A stretch of 63,973 nucleotides of DNA, the filler included. It is 6 parts of 6 records of this genome, joined end to end, with 100 filler letters (N's around TTAATTAATTAA, not from the genome) between each part and the next. Parts side by side here need not be neighbours in the genome. Positions count along the whole stretch, not along the records: positions 1 to 24,129 come from SRR20825006_1749; 5 more parts are not named here. One strand, given 5' to 3'. Both the position numbers and the translations under genes were made by a program. This document shows positions 1-11,176 of the stretch, one piece after another. Each line of letters begins with the position of its first letter. Within the stretch, counting starts at the first letter, position 1. Under the pieces are notes generated by a model that saw only the letters and a list, made by a program, of their open reading frames with translations, searched no databases and was not told where the DNA came from.

Positions 1-858
1 GCGCTTGGCGGCAACACAGGTTTCCCCGTTATTATAAATTCGTCCTTTAATACTCCATTCTACTGCGGTATCAACATCAGCGTCATCTAGTACTAAATAC
101 GCATCGTTAGATCCCAATTCCAGTACGGTTTTCTTTAAAGCTTTTCCGGCTTTTTCACCAACCACTTTTCCTGCTGCTCCACTACCGGTTAAGGTAACTC
201 CGCGCACTAAATCATTTTCAATGATAGCATCAGATTGATCGTGCGAAATTCTCAGCACCGTAAATATGTTTTCTGGCAATCCTGCCTCACTGATGATTTT
301 TTCGATCAACAATGCAGAACCAGTCACATTTTCGGCGTGCTTCAATAAAACCCCATTACCCGCCATTAAATTAGCGATGGTATAACGCATTACTTGATAG
401 GTAGGGAAATTCCAAGGTTGAATTCCGTAAATTACACCTAGTGGTGAATATGTGATGACACCTTTTCCGCCTTGCGGCAGGGTACGCTTTTCATCCTGTA
501 AAGCATTAGGTCCATTTTGCGCAGTATAATCGCAAATACCTACACACAAATCAACCTCTTGTTCCCCCTGACTGATGAGTTTACCCATTTCTTCAGTCAT
601 CAATTTAACCAATTGCTCTTTATGCTTAGCGAGACTTTTACCTATTTTCTGAATAAACGCTGCACGTTTTTCTAACGGAAAGGTTTTCCATTCTAAAAAA
701 GCATTGTGCGTAGCTTGAACGGCATCACTTGCTTCTTGATCGGTCATCATCTTATATCGATCAAGAGGCTTACCGGTAGAAGGATTTATAGTTTGAATGG
801 TATCTTTACTTGTAGCCTTTTGCGTGGCATTGGGCTTATCTAAAATGTCTGTACTCAT
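1..858 (-). CDS. NAD(P)-dependent succinate-semialdehyde/aldehyde dehydrogenase, 3' end beyond window edge
   Basis: Manual translation from ATG at 858: MSTDILDK...IQPWNFP...LLKHA...TLTGS...LELGSND...NNGETCVAAKR. These are ALDH motifs, including the catalytic Glu and Cys. Not in the ORF track. Confidence 0.9.
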   Translation of the reverse strand, partial: MSTDILDKPNATQKATSKDTIQTINPSTGKPLDRYKMMTDQEASDAVQATHNAFLEWKTFPLEKRAAFIQKIGKSLAKHKEQLVKLMTEEMGKLISQGEQEVDLCVGICDYTAQNGPNALQDEKRTLPQGGKGVITYSPLGVIYGIQPWNFPTYQVMRYTIANLMAGNGVLLKHAENVTGSALLIEKIISEAGLPENIFTVLRISHDQSDAIIENDLVRGVTLTGSGAAGKVVGEKAGKALKKTVLELGSNDAYLVLDDADVDTAVEWSIKGRIYNNGETCVAAKR

Positions 859-1027
859 AATAGTTCTTTTAAATAGTTTTCGGTATTACTTAAATAGTAA
901 GCAACCGCAATTTTTATTTTAAAGTTAATGAGTAGCCTAACTGAAACAAGGAGTTTTAATAAAGCCTTAAGCACATCTTATGGGGAATTTAGCATATGAT
1001 TCTTCAAATAAAGGCTGAAGTATGAAA

Positions 1028-2197
1028 TTAGCGTTTATGCTTCCATTGAAATAAAAGCTGAAGTATGATAATGAGTATGGAATATATTAACCCCAAAGTT
1101 GCCACGCCCGCCCACTGATATTGCTGCCAAGCGTAAGCTCCGGTAACCGTACCTAGGGCTCCGCCTATAAAATAAAGCACCATATAAATGGTATTCACCC
1201 TATTGCGCGCTTCTGGGTTTTGATTAAAAATGATATTCTGATTGGTTACGTGTAAACATTGCAATCCAAAATCAACCGACAAAACTCCTATTACCAGACC
1301 AAAAATAGAATTTCCGCTAAATTGAAAAACGATCCAAGAAACAACGAGAATAGCTGTAAAAATATAGATAAGCTTTTTGGGCGGATATTTATCATTCAAC
1401 TTACCCGAAATAGTAGCACCTAAAGCTCCTATCATTCCCAAAACGCCAAAGAGTCCGGCTGCACCACTACTGTAACCAAAATTGGTTTCCATCAAAAATA
1501 CTAGCGTGGTCCAGAATGCGCTAAATCCTGCAAAGCCCAATGCACCTCTTAAACCGGCAATACGCACTTCGGGCTTGGTTTTAAATAATTTCCAAAGCGA
1601 TTGCATGAGTTGGGAATACGTTCCTTTAAAATTGGTGGCGACATCCGGTAATTTAAAATAAAGCAGTGCTGCATAAACAAGCATAATCCCGGCAGCTACG
1701 TAATACATAAAACGCCAACCAAAATACTCTCCTACTAATCCGCTGAGAAAACGGCTTCCTAAAATCCCGATCAGCAAACCGCTCATCACGATCCCAATGG
1801 CTTTACCTCGGTTTTCTTCGGAAGCGAGTTGGGCAGCCATCGGCACAAACAGCTGAGGCACTACAGAAGAAAAACCCACGCAAAAACTAGAAATTGTAAG
1901 CACGGTAAGAGAAGGCGCCATTGCAGTCACCAACAGGGAAACGATGATCGCCACAAAATCGATCAAAATGATGGTTCTTCTAGAAAATTTATCCCCTAGC
2001 GGAATGATAAAAAGCAAACCAAACGCATATCCCAATTGCGTTGCCAGCGGAATATTGCTCACCTGCGCCTCGGTTACCGAGAAGGTTTTGGCCATTAAAT
2101 TTAGAAGCGGTTGATTGTAATAATTGTTGGCCACAACCAGACCTGCTCCTGCAGCCATCAAGTAGAGTAGCCCACGATCAAGTTGGGTAGCTTTCAT
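1028..2197 (-). CDS. MFS transporter
   Basis: About 12 hydrophobic segments. PLGDKFSRR (MFS motif A) and N-terminal ANNYYNQPLL are typical of YnfM-like MFS. Confidence 0.9.
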   Translation of the reverse strand: MKATQLDRGLLYLMAAGAGLVVANNYYNQPLLNLMAKTFSVTEAQVSNIPLATQLGYAFGLLFIIPLGDKFSRRTIILIDFVAIIVSLLVTAMAPSLTVLTISSFCVGFSSVVPQLFVPMAAQLASEENRGKAIGIVMSGLLIGILGSRFLSGLVGEYFGWRFMYYVAAGIMLVYAALLYFKLPDVATNFKGTYSQLMQSLWKLFKTKPEVRIAGLRGALGFAGFSAFWTTLVFLMETNFGYSSGAAGLFGVLGMIGALGATISGKLNDKYPPKKLIYIFTAILVVSWIVFQFSGNSIFGLVIGVLSVDFGLQCLHVTNQNIIFNQNPEARNRVNTIYMVLYFIGGALGTVTGAYAWQQYQWAGVATLGLIYSILIIILQLLFQWKHKR

Positions 2198-2217
2198 TAA
2201 AAAGGGATTTCAAAAGA

Positions 2218-2913
2218 TTAGCATCTGCCGTAGATACGGTCCTTTGCAAGTTGTAAAAGAATATGAAACTGATCTTCAATATTAGTATGCGTATTGTCTA
2301 GCAAAATCGCATCTTCTGCCTGCACAAGCGGAGAATCGGCTCTTGATGTATCAAGTTTATCACGCTTCTGAACATTCTCCAGAACCGCTTCATAACTTAC
2401 CGCATCGCCTTTAGCTTTAAGCTCTTCAAATCTACGGCGCGCACGCTCGTCTGCAGATGCGGTCATAAATACTTTCAACTCGGCGTCAGGGAAAACCACG
2501 GTACCAATGTCACGACCATCCATCACGATACCTTTTTCTTTTCCCATCTCGTGTTGCTTTTGCACGAGCAGTTTTCGTACTTCGGGAATCGCAGCGATCT
2601 GACTTACAAAGTTTGAAACTTCTAGTGTTCTAATCTCCCGTTCTACATTTTCGCCGTTAAGATAAACGTCGGCAATCCCGGTCTCTGCATTCATTTGAAA
2701 CTTTACTGAAACCATAAATAAATGCCTGATCAACGCTTCTTTATCAAAATGACCGGCTTTGATAAATAATTTACGCATCGCATACAGTGTTACGGCACGA
2801 TACATCGCACCGGTATCTACATATACATAGCCCAATTCTTTAGCCAGCATTTTGGCTACTGTACTTTTACCTGTAGAAGAATAGCCGTCTATGGCAATAG
2901 TTATTTTTTTCAA
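2218..2913 (-). CDS. cmk: (d)CMP kinase
   Basis: IAIDGYSSTGKST P-loop, DTGAMYRA, MDGRDIGTVVFPDA. TTG start. Confidence 0.97.
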   Translation of the reverse strand: MKKITIAIDGYSSTGKSTVAKMLAKELGYVYVDTGAMYRAVTLYAMRKLFIKAGHFDKEALIRHLFMVSVKFQMNAETGIADVYLNGENVEREIRTLEVSNFVSQIAAIPEVRKLLVQKQHEMGKEKGIVMDGRDIGTVVFPDAELKVFMTASADERARRRFEELKAKGDAVSYEAVLENVQKRDKLDTSRADSPLVQAEDAILLDNTHTNIEDQFHILLQLAKDRIYGRC

Positions 2914-2951
2914 AAGTTTATGCTTGAAGATTAAATAGTATCGTAATGACT

Positions 2952-3971
2952 TTAGTTCAAATCTATATTTAAACCAAAGAATCCTGAGCTGGCAGCAGTG
3001 TTGTAACGCGCGTAGCTGTAACTCAGGCGCAATTTATTAAACTTCACAGAGAAACCGGCACTTAGACCTGCAAAACTACGCTGATCGACGATGCGCAATT
3101 CTTCGGCTCTTCGCACACTATACCCCAACCGAATATTAAAGCCTTTATCTGGAAATAATTCTGCTGCAAAAATCATATGGCGAAGCGCTTCATCAAAGAA
3201 ATTGACATTTTCCGGGATAGAATTTCCATTTAGGTCTGAAGTTGCACGTGAGGGATTAGCAAAAGCTAAATTCCAATTTTGAAGATTCTCTAAAGTAAAA
3301 TGCCATCGCACAGGAACGTATTCTAACTTTTGAGAAATACCAAGATCAACTTCTAACGGAAGCCTTTCATACGTAACATCGTAAGCCGTAAACTGCGTAC
3401 CAATATTGCGCACCACTCCGGCGATATTGAGTTCGAGTTCATCATTAACGTAGATAAATCCCAGATCTACAGCGCCACCCAATGAAGTGTACTGCTCCAA
3501 TTTTGAAGAAATCAGTTTAACATTAGCTCCGACAAAAAAATCTGTTCGCGGTATATTATAAGCATACCCCGCAGAAAAGGCCACTTCGCCTCCACTAAAG
3601 TCTGCTGTGGCATTGCCGCGCTCATCATAGCCTTTAAAAGTGCCATAATTTACATACGTGACCCCGGCGTGAAAAATGCCGCTCCGCCGATCGTATTCAT
3701 AAGCATAGCCTACAGTCCCATAATTAACATCGGCCAGATAGTTGACATAGTTTAAAGAAAGTTGGTTATGCATTTCTGGGTTGATCGTCGCCGGATTGAA
3801 CAAACCACTCGTGGGATCGTAACTGTAATCAGTCAATAGTTTTCCGCCTAGCGCTGCTTGTTTTGGCGAAGAAACTAAGTTCAAGAATTGATATGTCGCG
3901 CGACCTCCCAATTGCGCCCAAAAACTGAAGCTCGTCAACAAGGCTAAAATTAAAAGTAGCTTTTTTATCAT
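2952..3971 (-). CDS. porQ: Type IX secretion system outer-membrane protein PorQ
   Basis: Signal peptide, YQFLNLVSSPKQAALGG N-terminus, beta-barrel-like alternating pattern. The lon-porQ-cmk order matches what I recall for Flavobacteria. Confidence 0.8.
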   Translation of the reverse strand: MIKKLLLILALLTSFSFWAQLGGRATYQFLNLVSSPKQAALGGKLLTDYSYDPTSGLFNPATINPEMHNQLSLNYVNYLADVNYGTVGYAYEYDRRSGIFHAGVTYVNYGTFKGYDERGNATADFSGGEVAFSAGYAYNIPRTDFFVGANVKLISSKLEQYTSLGGAVDLGFIYVNDELELNIAGVVRNIGTQFTAYDVTYERLPLEVDLGISQKLEYVPVRWHFTLENLQNWNLAFANPSRATSDLNGNSIPENVNFFDEALRHMIFAAELFPDKGFNIRLGYSVRRAEELRIVDQRSFAGLSAGFSVKFNKLRLSYSYARYNTAASSGFFGLNIDLN

Positions 3972-4034
3972 ATCAAATCATCAAACAACCCGTATCGCAA
4001 AACGTATACAAGTATACTTTATTTCTACCCCATT

Positions 4035-4064
4035 AAAAAACCCGCTAAGTGACTTAGCGGGTTT
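4035..4064 (-). terminator. Rho-independent terminator after lon
   Basis: AAACCCGCTAAG-tga-CTTAGCGGGTTT perfect stem, with a T-run on the minus strand. Confidence 0.85.
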
Positions 4065-4085
4065 GATTAAAATGTATCTAAGAGT

Positions 4086-6536
4086 TTAAAGTCGCTTAGC
4101 ACGTTTAACCTTTTCATTGGTCAAAGCAATGTCAAGTACTTCGCTCATATCATTCACGTAATGGAATGTAAGCCCTTTAAGGTAATCTTTATTGATCTCT
4201 TTAATATCACGCTCATTCTCTGCACACATAATGATTTCTTTAATGTGCGCGCGTTTTGCTGCAAGAATCTTCTCTTTAATACCGCCTACAGGCAATACTT
4301 TTCCACGCAGCGTGATCTCGCCGGTCATTGCGATGCTTTGTTTTACTTTTCGCTGTGTAAATAATGAAACTAACGAAGTCAACATCGTGATCCCTGCACT
4401 CGGCCCATCTTTTGGCGTAGCACCTTCAGGTACGTGAATGTGTACATTGTACTTTTCAAAAACGCTAGGATCTAGTTCCAGATATTCGGCGTTTGACTTG
4501 ATGTATTCCATTGCAAGGGTAGCGCTCTCTTTCATCACTTTCCCCAAGTTTCCGGTAACGCTTAGGTTTCCTTTTCCTTTAGAAAGTATAGATTCAATAA
4601 AGAGAATATCTCCGCCTACTTGCGTCCAAGCTAGTCCGGTTACTACACCGGCTACCTCATTATTTTCATATTTATTGCGCTCTAGTTTTGGAGAACCTAA
4701 GACATCAATAACCGTCTGGTTGTCTATTTTGATCTTATACTCTTCTTCCATCGCAATATTTTTAGCCGCATAACGCACCATTTTTGCGATTTGTTTCTCT
4801 AAGCCACGTACACCAGATTCACGCGTATAGCCCTCCACGATTTTCTCTAATTGAGGTTTCGCGATCTTCAGTTGATCTGCGGTTACGCCGTGTTCTTTCA
4901 ATTGCTTTGGAAGTAAGTGACGTTTCCCAATTTCTACTTTTTCTTCAATGGTATAACCAGTAACGTTAATGATCTCCATACGGTCACGCAATGCTGGCTG
5001 AATGCTACCCAAATTGTTAGCCGTAGCAATAAACATTACCTTAGAAAGGTCAAAACCAAGTTCTAAGAAATTATCGTGAAACTCTGCATTTTGTTCAGGA
5101 TCTAACACTTCAAGCAAAGCCGAAGAAGGATCTCCCTGATTACTGTTGCTCAACTTATCGATCTCATCTAAAACAAAAACCGGATTGCTGGTTCCTGCCT
5201 TTTTTAAATTCTGAAGAATTCTACCCGGCATCGCACCTATATAGGTTTTACGGTGTCCGCGGATTTCAGCCTCGTCACGCAAACCACCTAAACTCATACG
5301 CACATATTCACGTCCAAGCGCCTCAGCAACCGATTTTCCCAGAGAAGTTTTACCAACTCCTGGAGGTCCGTACAAACATAAGATAGGAGACTTCATATCA
5401 TTACGCAGTTTTAAAACCGCGAGGTATTCTATGATTCTCTTTTTTACATCGTCTAACCCGTAGTGATCGCGGTCTAGAATTTTCTTAGCACGCTTTAAAT
5501 CGAATTTATCTTTGCTGAATTTATTCCACGGAAGGTCTAAAAACAGATCCAGATAGTTACGCTGAATGCTGTACTCTGCAACCTGCGGATTCATTCGCTG
5601 CATTTTGGCAAGCTCTTTTTTGAATTGCTTACCCACTTTTTCATCCCATTTTTTCTTTTTCGCACGCTGACGCATTTCTTCAATCTCATCTTCCTGAGAA
5701 ACGCCACCCAATTCTTCTTGAATGGTTTTCATTTGCTGATGCAAAAAATACTCACGCTGCTGCTGACTCATATCGTTATGCACACGGCTCTGAATGTCAT
5801 TTTTCAGCTCCAGTTTTTGCATTTCGGTATTCATATAGCGCAACGTCTGCAACGCACGTTCTTGAAGGTCATTGATCTCCAAAAGGCCTTGTTTTTCCTC
5901 AACACTCAAGTTCATATTAGAACTCACAAAATTGATGAGAAACGATTCACTCTCAATATTTTTGATCGCAAAACCTGCTTCACTAGGAATATTAGGGGAT
6001 TGTTTAATGATCTGCAATGCCTGCTCTTTAATCGACTCGATAATCGCTTTAAATTCAGCAGAATCTTTTTCGGGTTTGGTCTCAGCAACTTCGCGTACCG
6101 TCGCCACCAAGTATGGTTTTTCGGTAATAACTTCAGCTATATTGAAGCGCTTTTTACCCTGAATGATCACGGTAACATTTCCGTCAGGCATTTTTAATAC
6201 ACGTAAGATACGCGCCACCACACCTGTAGTATTGATATCGTCTGCAGATGGATTTTCTACTTCGCCGTCCTTCTGAGAAACCACACCTATAATTTTTGAA
6301 CCTTTATTCGCCTCGTTGATCAAGTCGATAGACATATCACGCCCGGCAGTAATCGGGATCACAACACCGGGAAATAGCACGGTATTTCTTAAAGGAAGTA
6401 TAGGTAAGGTTTCAGGTAATTCTTCTCTATTGATCTCATCTTCATCCTCAGGAGTCATCAACGGAATTAACTCAGCATCACCTTCAAAGTCCTGCAATGA
6501 CAGATTGTCAAGATTTGTAAATTTTGTTCTAGCCAT
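4086..6536 (-). CDS. lon: ATP-dependent protease La
   Basis: LON N-domain ([11 protein letters not shown]), Walker A GPPGVGKT, catalytic PKDGPSAG and GGIKEK. ATG at 6536 preferred over GTG at 6551. Confidence 0.98.
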   Translation of the reverse strand: MARTKFTNLDNLSLQDFEGDAELIPLMTPEDEDEINREELPETLPILPLRNTVLFPGVVIPITAGRDMSIDLINEANKGSKIIGVVSQKDGEVENPSADDINTTGVVARILRVLKMPDGNVTVIIQGKKRFNIAEVITEKPYLVATVREVAETKPEKDSAEFKAIIESIKEQALQIIKQSPNIPSEAGFAIKNIESESFLINFVSSNMNLSVEEKQGLLEINDLQERALQTLRYMNTEMQKLELKNDIQSRVHNDMSQQQREYFLHQQMKTIQEELGGVSQEDEIEEMRQRAKKKKWDEKVGKQFKKELAKMQRMNPQVAEYSIQRNYLDLFLDLPWNKFSKDKFDLKRAKKILDRDHYGLDDVKKRIIEYLAVLKLRNDMKSPILCLYGPPGVGKTSLGKSVAEALGREYVRMSLGGLRDEAEIRGHRKTYIGAMPGRILQNLKKAGTSNPVFVLDEIDKLSNSNQGDPSSALLEVLDPEQNAEFHDNFLELGFDLSKVMFIATANNLGSIQPALRDRMEIINVTGYTIEEKVEIGKRHLLPKQLKEHGVTADQLKIAKPQLEKIVEGYTRESGVRGLEKQIAKMVRYAAKNIAMEEEYKIKIDNQTVIDVLGSPKLERNKYENNEVAGVVTGLAWTQVGGDILFIESILSKGKGNLSVTGNLGKVMKESATLAMEYIKSNAEYLELDPSVFEKYNVHIHVPEGATPKDGPSAGITMLTSLVSLFTQRKVKQSIAMTGEITLRGKVLPVGGIKEKILAAKRAHIKEIIMCAENERDIKEINKDYLKGLTFHYVNDMSEVLDIALTNEKVKRAKRL

Positions 6537-6763
6537 ATTATTTAACGCCACATTGTCACGATTTCAATTCTTTTGAAAACAATGCGATCTTTTTTATTTG
6601 ATTTAAACCCTTTAATAATGGGCTTTTAAGCTGTTTAGTATCTTTCTTTATTTCTATAATTCAATTCCTATGCCACCTTAACTTTTAGAGTTGATGGAAA
6701 AAAATTCCGCAGAACTGTAACAAACTGCTTACCGACGTATCTTTATACTGAAGCATTAACCTA

Positions 6764-7321
6764 TTGAACACAACTAACCATCATATTGATCTGCTTTTAG
6801 AGCAATGTAAAAACGGAAATCAGCACGCGCAGCTTACGGTTTACAAAAGGTATTATAAAGCTATGTACAATACTTCGCTACGTATTGTAAAAGATAGCGC
6901 CGAAGCCGAAGATGTAATGCAAGAGTCGTTTTTAAGTGCTTTTACAAAGCTTGATTCGTACAGCGGTGAAGCAACTTTTGGGAGTTGGTTAAAACGTATT
7001 GTCGTCAATAACAGCATTAGCAGTTATAACAAACGCAACCGACTGAAAGAAGATGATCTCGATGACACGCTTTACAAGCTAGAAGAAGATCAAGGCATTA
7101 CTGAATGCGACACTAACCATCTCGAAGTGCAACGCGTTTTACAAACGATGAATCATCTCAAAGAAAATTATAGAATGGCGCTTACCCTGAATTTGATCGA
7201 AGGTTACGATTATGAAGAAATGAGCGACATTCTGGGAATAAGTTATGCCAATTGCAGAACCACAGTTTCCCGAGCAAAAGAAAGTTTAAGAAAAAAATTG
7301 AGTGAGCTAATCACCGAATAA
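6764..7321 (+). CDS. ECF RNA polymerase sigma factor
   Basis: AEDVMQESF and FGSWLKRIVVN (region 2); region 4 HTH YEEMSDILGISYANCRTTVSRAK. Confidence 0.93.
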   Translation: MNTTNHHIDLLLEQCKNGNQHAQLTVYKRYYKAMYNTSLRIVKDSAEAEDVMQESFLSAFTKLDSYSGEATFGSWLKRIVVNNSISSYNKRNRLKEDDLDDTLYKLEEDQGITECDTNHLEVQRVLQTMNHLKENYRMALTLNLIEGYDYEEMSDILGISYANCRTTVSRAKESLRKKLSELITE

Positions 7322-7323
7322 TT

Positions 7324-7875
7324 ATGAAACCGAATTTAGAAAACTGGTTTGAAGAACAGCGCGACTGTTTTGACATTGCCGAGCCCGGCGATGGTCACGA
7401 ACTGCGCTTTTTAAACAAACTCAAAGAGACACAAGTAGAAGAAAAAACCGTCAAAAAGTTAGACTGGTGGAAACCCCTTGCTTCTGCCGCTGCAATTGTA
7501 CTGATTGTTTTTGCAGGTTACGCAACCCTTAAGCCTGCAAATAACGGCGCGGAGTTAGCTGCAGTTTCCCCTGAAATGGCTAAGACGCAGGATTTTTTTA
7601 CTAAAGCTATTGAAGAAGAGCTGTATAACATCAATGAGGCTCGAACTCCTGAAACGCAAGAACTGGTAGAGGATGCTCTTGTTCAGCTTGAAGCTTTAGA
7701 AAAGGATTACCAAGAGCTTACCGAAGATCTTGCTACTAGCGGTGAAGACAAGCGGGTGATTTATGCGATGATCGCCAACTTTCAGTCACGTATAGATCTG
7801 CTCAATACAGTTTTAGAAGAAATCGAATCAATCAAAAAAATTAAAAACGACGTATATGAAGACCAATTACTATAA
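7324..7875 (+). CDS. Putative single-pass anti-sigma factor
   Basis: Directly follows the ECF sigma. Short cytoplasmic N-terminus (GHELRF), one TM helix, helical C-terminus. Confidence 0.6.
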   Translation: MKPNLENWFEEQRDCFDIAEPGDGHELRFLNKLKETQVEEKTVKKLDWWKPLASAAAIVLIVFAGYATLKPANNGAELAAVSPEMAKTQDFFTKAIEEELYNINEARTPETQELVEDALVQLEALEKDYQELTEDLATSGEDKRVIYAMIANFQSRIDLLNTVLEEIESIKKIKNDVYEDQLL

Positions 7876-8959
7876 ATATCTTTTTCTTTTCCTAGTTACC
7901 AGCGCGGTAACTTTTGCAAACGGTAATGGTCCTGACCGCTTTAAAGGCAGGTATACCAAAGAAAAGAAGATTAACAAGCAATACAATGTGAATGCTAATG
8001 CGTTGCTTAAAATCAATAACAGCTACGGCAACGTTGATGTCATTTCTTGGGATCAAAACCAAGTGGTAATCGAGGTGCACATTAAAACCAACGGTAACGA
8101 CGAGGACAAGGTCATCAAAAAACTTAATCAGATCGAAGTAAGCTTTGAAGCCTCTGCAGATATGGTTGCTGCACGTACCGAAATTGAAAGCACAAGTAGT
8201 TCGTGGTGGAGCAGCTGGACTTCTGGAGGGAATAATGTAAATATGGAGATCAATTATAAGATCAAAGTTCCTGTTACAAACAAAGTTGATCTTAGCAACG
8301 ATTATGGTGGGATTTCAATAGACAAGATCAAAGGCCAGGCAAAAATATCTTGTGATTATGGACATTTAGATTTAGGCGAATTGCTTGCAGACAATAACCT
8401 GCTGAGTTTTGATTACACTAACAACTCCAATATTGCTTATATGAAGAGCGGAAAGATAAGAGCAGATTACAGTGCGTTTACGCTGGAAAAAGGAGGAAAT
8501 ATCGAACTCAACGCAGATTATACCAAGTCAAACTTCGGAAGCATAAAGAACTTGCAATATTCTTGCGATTATGGCGGTCTTAATCTAGATGCCGCAGAGG
8601 CCATTAAAGGAAGTTCAGACTATTTAAGCGTAAAGCTTGGCAAAATCAGCGGCCCTGTTGACCTCAATATGGATTATGGCTCGATACGCATTGACGAGCT
8701 TACCGCCAGCGCTGGTAACGTGAGAATCAACTCAGAATACGCCGGAGTAAAAATTGGTTACAATGCTGCTTATCAATTCAATTTTATTATAAAACTGGAT
8801 TATGCAGGGCTGAACGGCGAAGAAGATTTTGAGATCACCAAACGCCAGATCGAATCTTCAGATAAATACTACGAGGGCTACTACGGAAGCGCTTCAGCAA
8901 AAAATAACGTGAACATCAACTCTGAATACGGGGGTGTAAGTTTTTATAAAGTCAATTAA
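7856..8959 (+). CDS. Secreted beta-strand-repeat protein (DUF4097/adhesin-like)
   Basis: Signal peptide and repeated xDYG/SEYG beta-strand units. Confidence 0.65.
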   Translation: MKTNYYKYLFLFLVTSAVTFANGNGPDRFKGRYTKEKKINKQYNVNANALLKINNSYGNVDVISWDQNQVVIEVHIKTNGNDEDKVIKKLNQIEVSFEASADMVAARTEIESTSSSWWSSWTSGGNNVNMEINYKIKVPVTNKVDLSNDYGGISIDKIKGQAKISCDYGHLDLGELLADNNLLSFDYTNNSNIAYMKSGKIRADYSAFTLEKGGNIELNADYTKSNFGSIKNLQYSCDYGGLNLDAAEAIKGSSDYLSVKLGKISGPVDLNMDYGSIRIDELTASAGNVRINSEYAGVKIGYNAAYQFNFIIKLDYAGLNGEEDFEITKRQIESSDKYYEGYYGSASAKNNVNINSEYGGVSFYKVN

Positions 8960-8977
8960 TCACTAATCAATCAAAAA

Positions 8978-9706
8978 ATGAAAAAAATCATTCTAATCTT
9001 AGGTATCGCGCTCGTTTCTTCAACAGTTAACGCGCAATGGTGGGGCGGCAAAAAAGTAACCGGAAACGGAAATACCATTACTGACACCCGCAACGTAAGC
9101 GACTACGATGAAGTAGGCGTTGCAGGCTCATTTGATGTAATTCTTGTGGCAGGAGCCGAAGGACAAATCACTGTAGAGGCCGAAGAAAATCTTCAGGAAT
9201 ATATTATCACCGAAGTTAAAGGCGATAAGCTTAAAATCTATACCGAAGATGGCGTTAGCTTGAGAACCAGCCGCAATAAGGATATCATTATTACAGTTCC
9301 TTTTAAAGATCTTGAAGCGGTAAACCTAGCCGGAAGCGGTGACGTTACCTCTAAAGATGTCATCAATGCAAAGGATTTTAAATGTTCGGTTTCTGGTAGT
9401 GGCGATATGATTCTTGAAGTTAATGCGCAAGATGTAACCGCATCAGTAGCCGGAAGCGGAGATCTTTCGCTTAGCGGAAGCACGCAAAAATCTCATTTAA
9501 AAGTAGCAGGAAGCGGTGACTTACACGCTGCAGATTTAAAAAGTAATGATGCTGATGCCAGTATCGCAGGTTCTGGTGACATCAGCTTAAACTGTAATGG
9601 CGGAACCTTAAAGGCAGCCGTAGCAGGATCAGGAGATATCGTGTATACCGGTAAACCTGACAAAGTAGATTCTAAAGTTGTAGGCTCAGGAAGCGTGAGC
9701 AATTAA
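8978..9706 (+). CDS. Head GIN domain (DUF2807) protein
   Basis: Signal peptide and multiple (A/S)GSGD repeats. Confidence 0.85.
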   Translation: MKKIILILGIALVSSTVNAQWWGGKKVTGNGNTITDTRNVSDYDEVGVAGSFDVILVAGAEGQITVEAEENLQEYIITEVKGDKLKIYTEDGVSLRTSRNKDIIITVPFKDLEAVNLAGSGDVTSKDVINAKDFKCSVSGSGDMILEVNAQDVTASVAGSGDLSLSGSTQKSHLKVAGSGDLHAADLKSNDADASIAGSGDISLNCNGGTLKAAVAGSGDIVYTGKPDKVDSKVVGSGSVSN

Positions 9707-9730
9707 GAAAATTTTCATCAATCAAATCTG

Positions 9731-9763
9731 GAAAATGGCTGTCCCAAAAGGGCAGCCATTTTC
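9731..9763. terminator. Bidirectional terminator between convergent genes
   Basis: GAAAATGGCTGTCC-caaaa-GGGCAGCCATTTTC hairpin. Confidence 0.8.
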
Positions 9764-11095
9764 TTATTCTACTTGTTCTACAATACGCTTCCGCGGAACA
9801 AAGAACAATAGAATTACACCTACGATAAAGAACACAATAAAGAATAAAATAGCATTACGTATGTTATATTGGTCGGCTATAAATCCATAAGTAGACATCC
9901 CGATCACAATTCCTATTTTTTCTGAAACATCATAAAAACTGAAATACGAAGCGGTGTCCTTCTCTCCTTCCGGAATCAATTTAGAATACGTAGAACGCGA
10001 CAACGACTGAATCCCACCCATCACAAGACCGACAAAAGCAGCGATAAAATAAAACTGAAACGGAGAGGTTATCGTATAAGCATAAATACAAATTGCGATC
10101 CAGATGCAATTGATCACAATTAAGGTTTGAATATTTCCAAACTTCGCCGAAGCTTTTGAAGTAAGCCAAGCGCCAAGAACCGCAACCAACTGAATCAATA
10201 AAATACTTACGATAAGTCCGGTGGTGCTGTCTGTAGTTCCCCAATCGAGTTCTTCGATCCCAAAATAAGTGGCGATAAGCATTATCGTTTGAACCGCCAT
10301 ACTGTACACAAAAAATGCACTCAGGTAGGTACGCATCGGTTTATCTTCTTTCAGCTTTTTCCAAATTTTCCGAAGTTCTTTAAAACCGTTGAACATTACA
10401 TTTTTGGTCAGCTTCTCCTTCTTGTTTCCCTTCGGTAAATAATAGTAAGTGTACTGACTGAAGCCTATCCACCACAATCCCGTAAGCACAAAGGATAAGC
10501 GTGTTGGCAAGCCTTCATCTTCAAAACCAAAAGTCTCATACATCAAGATCATCGCTAAACAAACGATGAGTAAAATCACACTCCCTATGTAGCCTAAAGA
10601 ATAACCTTTTGCACTTATTTTATCCTGCTGGTCAGGAAAAGCGATATCGGGCAAATACGAATTGTAGAACACCAAACTAGCCCAAAATCCTATCAAGGCG
10701 AGAAAATAACACAACAGCCCAAACCAGAGATAGTCCATATTAAACCAAAAAAGACCTATACAAGAAAGCGCACCCAGATAGCAGAAAAACTTCATAAAGC
10801 TTTTTTTATTCCCTACATAATCTGCGATTCCGCTCAAAAACGGACTCAAAAAAGAAACGACCAAAAAAGCAGCCGCCGTGACGTAGCTGATGAGCGTATC
10901 GTTATTAAAATCGTATCCAAGAAAATTTACCGTGTCATCCAGTATTTTTCCATCTTCATCTTTTACAAGCGTGAGCGCTCCGTAAAAAATAGGAAAAACA
11001 GCAGAGGCGATCACCAAGCTGTACACCGAGTTTGCCCAGTCGTAAAACGCCCAGGCGTTCAAAAGTTTTTTACTTCCTTTAGGTAAAGCTTCCAT
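9764..11095 (-). CDS. MFS transporter, UMF1/Atg22-like
   Basis: AWAFYDWANS N-terminal motif, FYNSYLPDI, QSLSRSTYSKLIP; about 12 TM segments. Confidence 0.88.
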   Translation of the reverse strand: MEALPKGSKKLLNAWAFYDWANSVYSLVIASAVFPIFYGALTLVKDEDGKILDDTVNFLGYDFNNDTLISYVTAAAFLVVSFLSPFLSGIADYVGNKKSFMKFFCYLGALSCIGLFWFNMDYLWFGLLCYFLALIGFWASLVFYNSYLPDIAFPDQQDKISAKGYSLGYIGSVILLIVCLAMILMYETFGFEDEGLPTRLSFVLTGLWWIGFSQYTYYYLPKGNKKEKLTKNVMFNGFKELRKIWKKLKEDKPMRTYLSAFFVYSMAVQTIMLIATYFGIEELDWGTTDSTTGLIVSILLIQLVAVLGAWLTSKASAKFGNIQTLIVINCIWIAICIYAYTITSPFQFYFIAAFVGLVMGGIQSLSRSTYSKLIPEGEKDTASYFSFYDVSEKIGIVIGMSTYGFIADQYNIRNAILFFIVFFIVGVILLFFVPRKRIVEQVE

Positions 11096-11128
11096 AAACT
11101 TAGGTTGTTATTGAAGCGTCTAAAATAA

Positions 11129-11155
11129 GAAAGCCGCTTCAATAGAGCGGCTTTT
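11129..11155. terminator. Terminator hairpin after M48 peptidase gene
   Basis: AAAGCCGCT-tcaatag-AGCGGCTTT. Confidence 0.7.
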
Positions 11156-11176
11156 CATTTTTATTTTTGCGTTATC

